Part shown: in pieces, positions 37,977 to 49,299 of the stretch
How the letters are laid out: each line of letters opens with the position of its first letter
Numbering within the stretch: the first letter of the stretch is position 1
NCBI RefSeq assembly: GCF_036321535.1
Contig: NC_087437.1
Coordinates: 56,608,001 to 56,672,000, forward strand
Reading direction: 5' to 3'
Length of the DNA: 64,000 bases
Source: Camelus dromedarius
Lineage: Eukaryota
Program-made: the position numbers and the translations under genes
Notes under the pieces: generated by a model
The model's input: the letters and a program-made list of their open reading frames with translations, nothing else
Told to the model about the DNA's origin: nothing
Databases searched by the model: none

Positions 37977-39044
37977 AGATAACTAAATATATTTTGCTCC
38001 TAACTCTATAATCACAGGAGTGTAAAGTCACTCCAACTAAACATATAATCAATCAAAGAGCTGAAATAGGTCAGTTAGCAGAGACAGCAAGCTCTATCTA
38101 GATCTCTCCATCACCAGGTCTCAATGCCCTTCCAAAGTTATCTTGCCAGTACTAACTGCCTGGCATGCATTCCCTACTGTGTTCTGAGCCAGTGAACACC
38201 CTCCTGCCCCTGACTCCTCAAACCTCAAACACACAGTCTTTCCAAATGTCCAGTTAGGGGCAGGTATGCAGCCTCCCTGAGTTAATTTGTACAACAGCCC
38301 ATTCCTAATTATTTGTCAATGTTTAATCAGGTAAAAGCCATTCATTTCAGCAGAGCCCAGCTTTGGACAAACCCTTTTTGACCACAGCAAGTCTTTTGTT
38401 GACTTGAGAACTTTCTTGGGCATAACATAAACAGAAAACAAATAAGAGGGAAAAATGTTAAGTCAATTAAGTCACACTTTGTTAACGTTCCCGGTAAGTT
38501 AAGTTTTGAAAAAGTCCTGTCTTGAAGCAAGTCCAGCGTGGGCAGTGCAGACCAGAGAAACTCAGCCAAAAGTTTATCAAGTGCATTTTCTTTTATTCTA
38601 AAAGCATGTTTGTAGGCTCTTTCCCTGAGGTTATTATTGGAATCAGAGCTGAGCTCTTATGCAATTGACACCTGAGACGAAAACAAACCCCAAATACCCC
38701 TAGACTCAAGTTCAAGTTTTTGCAAATATGTGCATAATCTAGAGGAAGAGGTGGAATGAAAATTGTGAGTGCAGGTGTAAAGGGAAAGCTGGGAGAGAGT
38801 GCAGGGAGTAGAAATTACAGAGAGGGCAGAAGGATGAGAGGGAGATAGAGAAAGAGAGAGAGAGAGAAAGCCAGAAGATAGGGGAGAAGAAAAGGGAGGT
38901 GGGGCACAAAGAAGACCGGTTTTAATTGGCAGGTAGCAGAGAAATTTTGTTTCCAAGGTAGAAGAAATTCTAAAGGCAAAGCTGACTAGCTCTCAGAGCC
39001 CCTCGGTTTCGCCAGCGGACTAGCTAACGCCAGCTCCCACTTAC

Positions 39045-39047
39045 CAT
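39045..39047 (-). CDS. GMNC: GMNC coding exon 1 (start codon only)
   Basis: Minus strand reads ...ccactgcaagATG|gtaagtgg, with A at -3 and a consensus GTAAGT donor. It joins in phase 0 to exon 2 to give MNTVLPCQDQ, the recognisable GEMC1 N-terminus. Confidence 0.9.
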
Positions 39048-39084
39048 CTTGCAGTGGAAGAAGGCGCTGCAGAATCTGAGCCCA

Positions 39085-39123
39085 CTCTTAATTTTCCCGG
39101 AAAGCGGGTGGGAGCTTTAAATG
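39085..39123 (-). promoter_or_regulatory. Core promoter: TATA-like TTTAAA and inferred TSS region
   Basis: The minus strand reads ccatTTTAAAgc-like sequence with TTTAAA at 39116-39121, about 70 nt upstream of the ATG. There is no upstream ATG in the intervening sequence. Confidence 0.4.
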
Positions 39124-39149
39124 GGACTGAGGGGAGGAGCTAGGAGAGG

Positions 39150-39560
39150 CGAGTTCTAATCTGTGGGAGCTCCCGGTGACGCCCGGGGCTCCCGGCGAGC
39201 GCCGCCCTCTGATTTGGTGCGAGGATGTCAAGCTGGTGACGTGGGTTAGGAGACACCCAGCCAAAGCCAAAGTCACTGGCACACACGGCGACCGCCGCCC
39301 GGGACCTAGGACCAGCGGGTCGGGTTCCCGGGCGGTGGCTCGGGGCTCGCGACGCTCCGCCTCCGGGTGCGCAGCGCTGCTTCAAAACCCGCGCCGGTGC
39401 CGGCTCGCCGCGCGTCCCCAGGGAGCCGCGCATCGGGTCCCGCAGTGACCGCGGATCCCGGTCCGACGGGGCGCATCCGGCTCACGCCGGCGCGAGGCGC
39501 GCAGCCGCCGGGCAGGGCGGGGCGCACAGGTCGGCTCCGAGGCGCTGGGACCGGAAAAGC
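39150..39560. promoter_or_regulatory. CpG island / GMNC promoter
   Basis: The only strongly GC- and CpG-rich block in the window, lying immediately 5' of exon 1. Contains a GC box (GGGCGGGG ~39515-39522) and a CRE-like GTGACGTG (39236-39243). Confidence 0.85.
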
Positions 39561-40369
39561 CCAAATCTGCCTCTCAGGAATCAGAGCAGCACTTGGGGAG
39601 CCCGTCCAACCCGAGTTAATACTCCTCCTGTGTGTTCTCTGGCCACTTAATAAATCTCATCTGGCTGTGTGATGTTGCTGATTGACTGGCCCCCCCGCCG
39701 CCTTCTATTGGATATGTCTCATTTTCTCCAACGTCTGAAGTGGGTGTTGAGTGTGGAGGTGATCTACATCCATTCTAGAATGTAAGCTTCAGGAGAATAG
39801 CGGTTTCTGTCCGTTTTGTTCACTGCTGTCTCCAAAGTGCCTGGAACAATTTCTAACATAGAATGGGTGTTCAATAAAGAATGAATTAAGCTACAAATTT
39901 AAGAATCTCATGTGTCTGTCCTGTGTGCGTCCTATCTTCACAGCTACTATTATACAGAATAAATCAACATAATTAAGAAAATTTAGTGTGTTAAAACTTC
40001 TCAAGTGTTTTATATCTGTCATCTTTCCCCTTGCATTTTATTCAAATGGTTTCTACGGTGTTATATCCAGAGGGAAAAAAGGAGCAATAGCATCTTTAAA
40101 ACCATTCATCTACCACTAGCAGCCAACTCTGATTTCAACTGGCAATAACCCAGGAGGTCTGTACTCTTATTGCCCCTGTTTTAAAAGGTGGTGAATGAAG
40201 CACTGAAGTTAAGAAATGACCAATATTCACAGTCAGGAAGTGGCAGACTTGAGATTTGAACCTCTGGCTCCAGCATCCATACTATCTACCAAAATTACAG
40301 TTTTTGACTACTCTCTTTGAAGAGTACTCTTCTTTCCATTGCACATTATAGCCATTTAAGTAATGGGCA

Positions 40370-40736
40370 TTTTATGGGAACTATATTCTCCCCAATTTTA
40401 AATATGTTAAATCTCTAACCTTCGGTGTGACTGCTTTTGAAGGTAGAGCCTCTAAGGAGGTAAAGAAGGTTAAGAGTTCAGAAGGGTGGTGCTCTAATCT
40501 TATGAGTAGTGTCCTCCTAAGAAGAGGCAGAGACACCAGGGATGGTATGCACAGAGAAATGGCCACAGGGGGACACAGGGAGAAGGCAGCCGTTTGCCAG
40601 TCAAGGAGAAAGGTCCCAGGAGAAGCCAATAACTCCACTGATGCCCTGATCTTGGACTTGCAGCCTTTAGAATTGTGAAAAAAATAGATTTCTGTTGTTT
40701 AAACCATTTAGTCTTAAGCTCTAGCAAATCAGTACA
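40370..40736 (+). mobile_element. MaLR solo LTR (MLT1A/B-like)
   Basis: Characteristic segments gtgtcctcctaagaagagg, ggacacagggagaaggcagccgtttgccagtcaagg and tgatcttggacttgcagcctttagaattgtga...atttctgttgtttaaacca. Confidence 0.85.
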
Positions 40737-41359
40737 GGCATCGTAAAGGAATTAAGAAAACTGATTTTGGTTTGCATAGTTCTTTCTCCAAACCGGGTTT
40801 GACCTTTATTCATTCTGCTTTGTATTGTATTTACCATCCACGGTGACTAACACACAGCAGATGCTCATTAAGCTCTGTGTCCAAAATTAAGAAAGAAGTG
40901 GAAGAGGAAGAGAAGGAAGGTGCCAGACTCAGTAAAGTCCTTTTCTTCTGTTCTGATACTGTTTGTTCACAAGCATTGGTAAGTGAATGGTACCAGGTAT
41001 GGGGATCACTCCTCGGAAGACACTGTCTGGGTCACTCCACAGGACTGATTTCTGTCAGTAACGTGAGAGTGGTCCCCTCTCTGCTCTCGCTGCTCAAGGA
41101 ACATGGATGCCCTGGCAGGACGACCCTGAGATGATAGGGAAATAGATCAAAACCCATTTAGGTCTTAAGAATCAATGCTCTTGTTCTGGGCAAAGAAAAT
41201 CCTAAACAGTTTTACAGTGGGCACAAGAGGCAAGAAAAAGGAAGAGGATGATGTTTTGTTTTTAGAAACAGTCATAAATGAGACATATAAGTCTCTCGAG
41301 GATACAATTTCTAATACCACAAAATGGGCAGCTCAGCAAGTACGGGATGACAATAAAGG

Positions 41360-41580
41360 GCAAGGGCTTTGGATTCAAAAATACTGGGTACAAATTCCTG
41401 CTCTGCCTTCTAAGACTGAGTCACCTGAGGCTGTATCATGGTCTCCAAATCCTCAGTTAGCTCCTCTCATAAATGAAGAAAGAAATACCTACTTGAGAGG
41501 TTTTAATGAGCTGACCACTAATGCTTGAAAACTCCTAGTTCACTGCCTAAGTCATGACAAGTAGCTGATAGGATTGTTAG
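41360..41580 (+). mobile_element. MIR SINE
   Basis: ctgggtacaaattcctgctctgcc...cctcagttagctcctctcataaatgaag. Confidence 0.6.
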
Positions 41581-44341
41581 CGTAGAGGACTCTTTCTTTG
41601 CTGTTGTGGCTTGATTGTTAAAAATAATTGAAAATACAGGCTACATCTGTAAAACTCCAGAGGTTTTCTCTGAGGGCTAGAAAAAAATTTTTAAAGTTTT
41701 TGATGGACTTTCAGCATACAAATATTTCATAAATCATTAACTATTTTAGCTTAGTAAGAGAGAGAAGTGTATGGTGACAGAGAATCTTTAAACAGTGAAG
41801 AGCTCTTGACAATTTAACATAAATCAGAAGATAAAGCTTTCCTGAAATCAGAAACTATTAGAAAGATTTCTATGTTCGTATGGTCTGACTTAAGCTTATA
41901 TTTTTATTTAAGATATACTGCTTAGGTATAAGTCTTATTTTTTGTTTGTTCGTTTGATGATAATTTTTTTGAAAAGTGCATCAGTCAATTAAGCAATAAT
42001 GTAAACACCTTTGGCTGTTTTTTATTCACACGTATGAAAGAAGGTGAACCTTCTTTAGTGATCACAACCCATATAGATGTTTTCTTCTTCTATAGACAAT
42101 AAGATCAGCAAAAAACTGCCTTTTATATTGTGGCTGAAGGGATGGTGTTAAAAGGAAGGTGGCTAATAACAGCCCAATTGTTGAATCAGGGCACTGCCTC
42201 CTGCCAGGGCAAAGATATAACAAATTAGGAGGTAATTTGACCTGCACACAAACCAAGTCTGCAGACAGAAAAGTGGAGAGTGCGAGCAGAGGTGGCCCAA
42301 GGTGATAAATAGATTGGCATATGGAATGTTCTTTTATTTCACCCGGGAGGACACTTTATTTGATTACCTCATTAATGAATTCAGTAGCATATATAATAAA
42401 AGAACAATTAAAAATTCTCCTTACAAGCATAGCCTCTCCTTATAGCTTCTACAGCTAAGTCTCCAGAGAATAAAAAAGATACTATGTCTGCTTTTACAGG
42501 TAGGTTAAAACAGAAAAATAGAAAGCAAAACCTTAAGAGAAAATTCAATGCAGTAGATGATTTACAGTGCGAGATTTAACATTTGCATATTTTATTTCAG
42601 CATACGTGGAGAACCATGGCATATATAGTCTTAGTTTTGAACATCAGTTCTCTAGAATGATGTGCAGAAATCAATCATGTTGCTGTGGACAGTCTTGCCT
42701 AATACCCACCACCTACATGTCAGCATAGCTTCTAATAACCATTACATATGCAGGAAGTTGTGCCCTGGTACAAATTATTTATACATGAACAAAAGGTATA
42801 CAAAAGAAAGTTAACTGTTAATATCAGGTTATTAGCCAGAAAAGAGAAAGGCCTTGGACAAATTATAGAGTGAAATGTTTGATGCAAGCCTGACTCAAAT
42901 TAGTGCTATACGGAACTGAGTGGGCAGGGGGATGGACATTTATGATATTATTTTATTGGATGTTTCGGTGAGAGTTTATTCCAGTAGCTTTATAGCCAGC
43001 TTTAGACCTTTATGTATTGACTCATTAAGTGATTGCTTATTTTTTCAGTTGTATTGGATTGCATTATATTAAGAAGCATCATATGCTATAATGATATTCA
43101 CAGATCTTTCGACTATCAACAATTTATTTCATATTTAAAGGATAACTAAAAAATGGATGACAATCTGTATTCACTGTCTACAGTGAAGCAAACCTCTTTC
43201 ATCCTCTGTAGCATTGCTTTTTCTGACTTTTCTCATAATATGGTGCTTAAGACAATAATATTTGTGGGCAAGCCGGAACAAAGAGTTGATGCTTATCTTG
43301 GTTGTTGGTAGGCAAGGGAGTTCCCATTTCTCCCAGGCCCTGTCAGGCCCCCATGAGGACAGGGGACATCACTGTCTCCCAGGGATTTAATTCATTGTGC
43401 TTTGGTGCACTGGCTGGGAAGCTCTGCTCTGTGATAATCTCTCTGGCCAAACTGGAATAAAATAATCTCAGTGCTACTGTAAAATCAGATAAACAGTGAA
43501 AGTTATTTGCATTAACAGAAAGATTAGAAATGCAGACACCCAAACAACACAAACAAACAAAACACCACTCCTCTTTCCTCCAACCTTAGAAAATAATGGA
43601 TAGTGAGTTATTATGATTACTATGCATTAGAAGTATGCTAGTCCAACTCTAGTTTGAAATAAAATGAATTTCTGCCTCAGGAGCACTAGTATTTTCATAA
43701 ACTAGGCTTCAGTGCCTTCATTGCTCCTGAAATCTCTCTTAAGGATTTTTGATCTAGAAGTTAGTGGATGAATTGCTGACTAGGCGTTAAAGACCTGAAA
43801 AGTGCATTGGTATGGACCATGGCATCTAATTTTATCCCAGAGATAACAGAAATAAGGACACCACTACCTGGTTTCTTCAAAAAGCTTAGTTTAGGGCGTA
43901 ATAGCAAAACAGGACAACCAGGACCGGATTCCTTCTAGTCCTCGAAATAGAGAATCTAAAATAATGTGACATCTTTCATGAAAAGAAGATAAAGAAATAT
44001 ATTTAGATATAAAACGTTAAGCTACAGTGAAGTTATAATTCCATATTTTTGTTACCCATAAAAATCCATAAAATGTGAACTGAATTCTTACTGACTTAAT
44101 AATTTGTGTCAAAATCATCTTATTTACAATCAAATTGAAGAAACGTACTTGAACTTTGTAATAATGTGGGTGGCTTTAGTCACGCTCCGCTTTCCACATT
44201 TCTTTTTCACAAAGTGAATGCATAATGTCAGCCTCTAGCTAGTGGAAGCATTTATACATTCAAAACCAATCTGAGAAAAATGGAATTATAATTGCTATGA
44301 AATTAGCACTGCTAGTGGCATTTGAATGAATGAACAGAAAC

Positions 44342-44721
44342 ATTGGAATACGAGTAAAGGACCATGCCAGCAATAAAGTAAAACTACGAAATCCTCTGTG
44401 ACTTTAGAAAAAGAGGACCGTGATGAAGGCAGTGCTGATAATCTGTTTTTGCTTCATCCAACCAGCTTTCCTGCTGCCTGCCACCTCTGGAACAGGTAGA
44501 TATTAGCACTGCCTGACCAAATCATAGCCAATAAACTTAGAGTCAACTTCCATAGCTTCATTTATAGGCAAGAAGTCACCAAAAAACAAGCAAGCAAATT
44601 GACCTATCTCTTTTAAAAAATGGTTTATTGTCCTAGAACAAAACTGGCAAAAACTCAAGTTCCAAGTCGCAGAACTTGCATCTTTTAAAAAAGTTTATTA
44701 GTAATTATTCTTTTGTATTCC
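44342..44721 (+). repeat. Direct duplication, copy B (380 bp)
   Basis: Same alignment as copy A. No poly(A) tail or target-site duplication at its edges. Confidence 0.97.
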
Positions 44722-47249
44722 TTAGTATATGCCTTTATGTGTATAAATGTGCATGCTTATATATTTGCTTACATACATATGCGTGTACCTGGAGGAAACA
44801 ATGAAGCCCATCGCCTTGAAATACTTACAGAGTGAAGTACAAAGATGCTGGGAAATAAAGACTTATTCTCCGCTCCTCACTTTTCTATAAAGGGGCAACT
44901 GTTCCCATGAGAATGGATTTATTTGATTGGTGAGATTGAAAGAAGGAAAGTAAATGTGTTACCCACATTCATGTCAACATCTGAAAAGAACCAAGGAAGG
45001 CTCTGTCCAAACTGGAATTGTGTGTGTCTGGCCAGTGTCACCTGTGATAGGGCAAGAAATCTATATTATTCAGAAAGAAATATTAAGAAGCCTCTTAAAA
45101 CTTCAAATATAAAGCATCCTTGACAATCGAGCTTCTTTTTTTCAAGGATAAAGGTTTCCATCTACCTGCCTTGTGTGTCTGTCTATTGCAAGAGAAAAAG
45201 AAAGGAGTGTTATTTGTTGCTATATACACACACATTGTATGCTTTGTAATAAAACGTAAGTAATCAGGAGAAAAAAAATTATATGAAATTCAACCATATG
45301 TGAATATATTTCAAGAATTTTAAAATATCCATATCCTTTAAGTCAGCAAACACAAAATAATCAATTTCTGAAAATAATAAATTTGAACAAAAATGATTAA
45401 AAGTTTCTTTTATCATATCAGTATAACAAACGTTTGTAAAAGCAAACTTTCTAAATGTCCAATTAGAGACTCTTTCAATAAACTGTAGTGTGTTCATAGC
45501 ATGGTTGTGTATTCATACAAAAACTTTTTGGAAAAAGTCAGACATGAACAAACAACATTATGTTAACTACATTAAGATATATACAAGTATATTCACACAA
45601 CTGAAAAAACAAGGGAAAAGTCATTAGTGACACATGTTTGTAGAATAACATTATATTTAAAACTAAAGCTACTTGAATTATAGTGATAGAGAACATCTTT
45701 CGTATACTGATTTAAATAAGTACTCCACATGTTTCTAATTTTACCCAAATTTGCAGTGTGATGGATGAAGTGGGGGCAGAAATAGAAAAATACTTTCTCC
45801 CCACAAACTCAAAACTGTTTTAAAAATTGTACAAATAAACAGAGAAGAGAAAAAACACTTTACAACAAAATAGCCACTTTTTAAAAATACTGCATTGCTC
45901 CAAAATGCCAAAAACTACAAAGACTTAGTTGGGCTTTGATATGAAGCCAAAAATATCATAAAATACAAGAAAGTTTGGGTCTTTTTAAAATATACAGAAG
46001 AAAATAAAATAGGTTATGATTATAATCTTTAATTAAAACAAAGTATTGAAGAGATTAAATACAACTAGTGCCAATAGGTAGAATTAATAAGTTGCCAGAT
46101 TTCAGTTTAAAAAGGAAAGATACTCTACCATGAAGTACTACATAAAGATAGAACTTGATACTCTGTGAGTAATGAGCTCTTGGTCACTAGAGAGTCACAA
46201 AAGGCCAGACTACTGGTAACCACGGATGTTTTATGTTTCATTCATACACTGGTAATACCAAGAAGGTCTGCTCCTTCTTTCCAATGATGAGAACTCACAA
46301 TCCAAAAGAATTTTGAGATTGGAAGTCTGTTATTATAATTAATTTCCATGCATAACTTTAAAGGGACAGAGAATTCCTTGCCCTTTTTTGTATGAGGATA
46401 AAGACTTAGAGTTTTGCTGAGAATTAGTAGAACTTCTATTGGGACCAAGTGTGACTTGGAAGATAGGAAGAGACAGCAGTGGGTGGAAATGTTGGTGGTG
46501 GGGTAGGATCACCATTAATCCCCATTCCTTTAGCATCTTTTCCTCCATTCTTAGGGTCACCAGGTCCTTAGAATTAGTCACGGCAAAGAGAAGGAGCGTA
46601 TTTAGTGAGTGTGTATATTGAACCCATCCCAGGTTTTTAAGGGCTTAAGTTTTAGAGAAAAATGAGCATTTGGAGTGAAGGACCTTCATGGATTAGGTTA
46701 CACTAAGTCATACCTTATCAAGGTTCAAAGGAAAATGAAAGATCAACAAGTGTAACTTTCCTGCGACATTGATGCTTTGGTCATGCCTGTGGGAACTTCA
46801 GATTGTGAGCAGATGGATGTCGAGAAAATTGAAAAAATATATAGTTAAAGCAGATGACAGTATCTTGGATAAATTGGAAAATTTAATAAATACATAAATA
46901 AATAAAATGCAAGGAGAAAATGGGCCAAAATGTGGGCAATCAGAAGAGAAGATGAATGTGAAAATAGGTTCACTGAATCCTTTGCTTTATCGAGGTTAAA
47001 AAAAAAAACCCACAAGTTAAAATATTTTGCTTTTGCTCTTTGTGGAGCAAAGGTTGACCCCTGATCTTTTGCTGTCCCTTAATTAGTCATTTCCCTGCAG
47101 ACATCAGGTTTTACCATTCATTTTGTGTTGGAAGCGTGACTATGTTCTAGCTGGAAATATACGTATGAAACAGAGAAAGCCCTACGTATTTGATGATTCT
47201 CAAGAATCACTTATTCTACATAAAGTCAGAAGCCAAAACAGAAATGAAT

Positions 47250-47722
47250 TTCCTCAAATTACAATGGGGTTACACCCTGATAAATCCATCCTAAGATGAA
47301 AATATTGTTAAGTTGAAAATGCAATTAATACGTCAAACCTACCACACATCACAGCTTAGCCTAGCCTACCTTAAATGTGCTCAGCACACTTACATTAGAC
47401 TACAGTTGGGAAAAATCATCTAACTCGAAGCCTATTTTATAATAAAGTGTTGAGTAGCTCATGTAAGTTATTGAATCCTGTATTGAAAGTGAAAAACAAA
47501 ATGATTGTATGGGAACAGAATAGTAGTTTACCCCTGTGATTGTGACTGACTGGAAGCGGCAGCCCACTGCCACTGCCCAGCAACACAGGAGAGCGCTGTA
47601 CCCTGTATTGCTAGCCTGGGAAAAGACTGAAATTCAAAATTCAAAGTCTGGCTTCTACTAATGTGCATCACTTTCACACCACTATAAGTGAACCAAACCA
47701 TCGTTAAGTCTGTGACCATCTG
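47250..47722. mobile_element. MER47/Tigger5-like TcMar-Tigger DNA transposon
   Basis: atggggttacaccctgataaatccatc...catcacagcttagcctagcctaccttaaatgtgctcag...ccatcgttaagtctgtgaccatctg matches the recalled MER47 consensus. Confidence 0.8.
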
Positions 47723-48406
47723 CACCTGTGAAGTTTGTCACATCATTGAAATTGCTGTATTTTATTAAATATTGTGTTATTTTCTCATGTTAACCCAACT
47801 GTCCCCTGACCAATTTTTCTATGTCAAAATAAACATGTCAAAATAAAAAAACCTTGAGAATTTGGTCCAGATTTCCCTCTTTCCTTTGGCCGTGCAAATG
47901 TAGAGCTTATAGGAAGGTTAAGTTTTTTATAGCATCAATTTTTACCCTCATTCTGGTCTTGTTCAATGTTTTTGCATTTCTTTAGTTTCTTCTGTCTCTC
48001 CTATTTTTTCTATGCCAACTTCGTATACATTCCTATTCCTTTAAGAAGTTTAAATGTTTTCTGGAAAGAGGTGGAGAATAGTTAACAGTAAGGAACATAC
48101 ACAAATAAATAAGGAAACTCTAAACTTAACAATAGAAAGTATGTGCAATGGACGTTATTCACAGAAGAAAATAACAGATGGTTACTGACGTGCAAAATTG
48201 TTAACCTTACCAGGAATGCTAAAATGTCCACATACACTTATAGATAATTTTACGGAAGTAATTTCTAATGTGTATCTTTCATTGTTGCTGTGTGGCAAAT
48301 TATATTTTTCAAAAAAAAATTGATAGAACAGTAGTATTTCCATTCCCACATGTGCTTTTAGAACCCTGCCACTCCCATTGAAAGGTGGAGTCTGGAGTCT
48401 GTTTCC

Positions 48407-48430
48407 TTTCTTCTTTTTTGTTTTTTTTAA

Positions 48431-48465
<35 letters not shown>

Positions 48466-48545
48466 GTGGGGGCAATTATTGGGGATTGAACCCAGGGCCT
48501 TGTGCATGCTCAGCATGTGCTCCACCATTGAGCTATTACCTTTCC
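48407..48545 (-). mobile_element. Short tRNA-derived SINE with long poly(A) tail (camelid Vic-1-like)
   Basis: Minus strand reads ggaaaggtaatagctcaatggtggagcacatgctgagcatgcacaaggccctgggttcaatccccaa, with A box (tagctcaatgg) and B box (ggttcaatccc), followed by a ~55-nt A-rich tail. Confidence 0.85.
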
Positions 48546-48929
48546 GGTCTGCCTTCCTCCTGAAACTACATGGGACTTTGTGACTGCCTCAACCCAATTA
48601 ACATCACAAGGTGACATGGCTTCTCTCTCTCCCTCCCTCTCTCTGTCCCTCTCTCTCTTCCCTCTTGGAACCTAACCACACTGTTATAAGAAAGACCAGG
48701 CCACACTGAGAGGGTACATGAAATGGGCATTCCTGTTGACAATCTCAGGTCTCAGCCTACAGTCAGGATCAAAACCAAACCATGTGGATAAGAGAGCTTT
48801 CATGCAATCTTAGTCTGGCCTGCTAGCCTGACACTGGGTAGAACACAAACGAGCTATTCTCATTCAGCTCTGCCTGGACCAAACTGCAGATTCATGAGCC
48901 AAATAAATATCGTCATTCTTTTTTAAGCC

Positions 48930-49117
48930 AGGATTTCTCATCTTTGCCTGATTGCTGTGTTGGACAGGACAGTTCTTTGTTGTGAGAGCTGTCCTGTGCG
49001 TAAAAATGATGCTTAACAGCATCCCTGGCCTCCTGCCAGTAGCAAATCCTTCTTAAGTCATGCCAATCAAAAAAATGTCCCTTGGAGAGCAAAACCGCCC
49101 CCAGTTGACAATCATTA
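48930..49117. mobile_element. MER20 (hAT-Charlie) DNA transposon
   Basis: Contains cagttctttgttgtgagagctgtcctgtgc...aacagcatccctggcctc...gcaaaaccgcccccagttgacaatca. Near-perfect 8-bp TSD ttttaagc (48922-48929) / ctttaagc (49118-49125). Confidence 0.85.
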
Positions 49118-49299
49118 CTTTAAGCCACTAAGTTTTGGGGTTGTTATACAGCCATAGTGATCACTTGTTTCTCCCTGACCTAGACATTGTCCCCCAACAA
49201 CATCTCCCACTTAGGTAACCTATTCATGGCCGTATAATCACACATAATACGTCTATTTATAATACATGTACACATACCATGCAGGGCTGTCTTTAACAT

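Larger units (their letters stand above)
48355..49165 (+). mobile_element. MLT1-family LTR interrupted by a SINE and a MER20
   Basis: ggaacctaaccacactgttataagaaagaccaggccaca, ccaaactgcagattcatgagccaaaataaat and the terminal tttaagccactaagttttggggttgttatacagccatag. Confidence 0.75.

Noticed and set aside
39088..39672. Several overlapping 60-101 aa Arg/Ala/Pro/Gly-rich ORFs on both strands
   Set aside because: Expected from stop-codon scarcity in a CpG island. No recognisable domain.
48182..48475. Poly-lysine ORF
   Set aside because: Translation of the SINE poly(A) tail.
48465..48545. tRNA-like sequence with A and B boxes
   Set aside because: It has a poly(A) tail and no proper acceptor stem, so it is a SINE rather than a tRNA gene.
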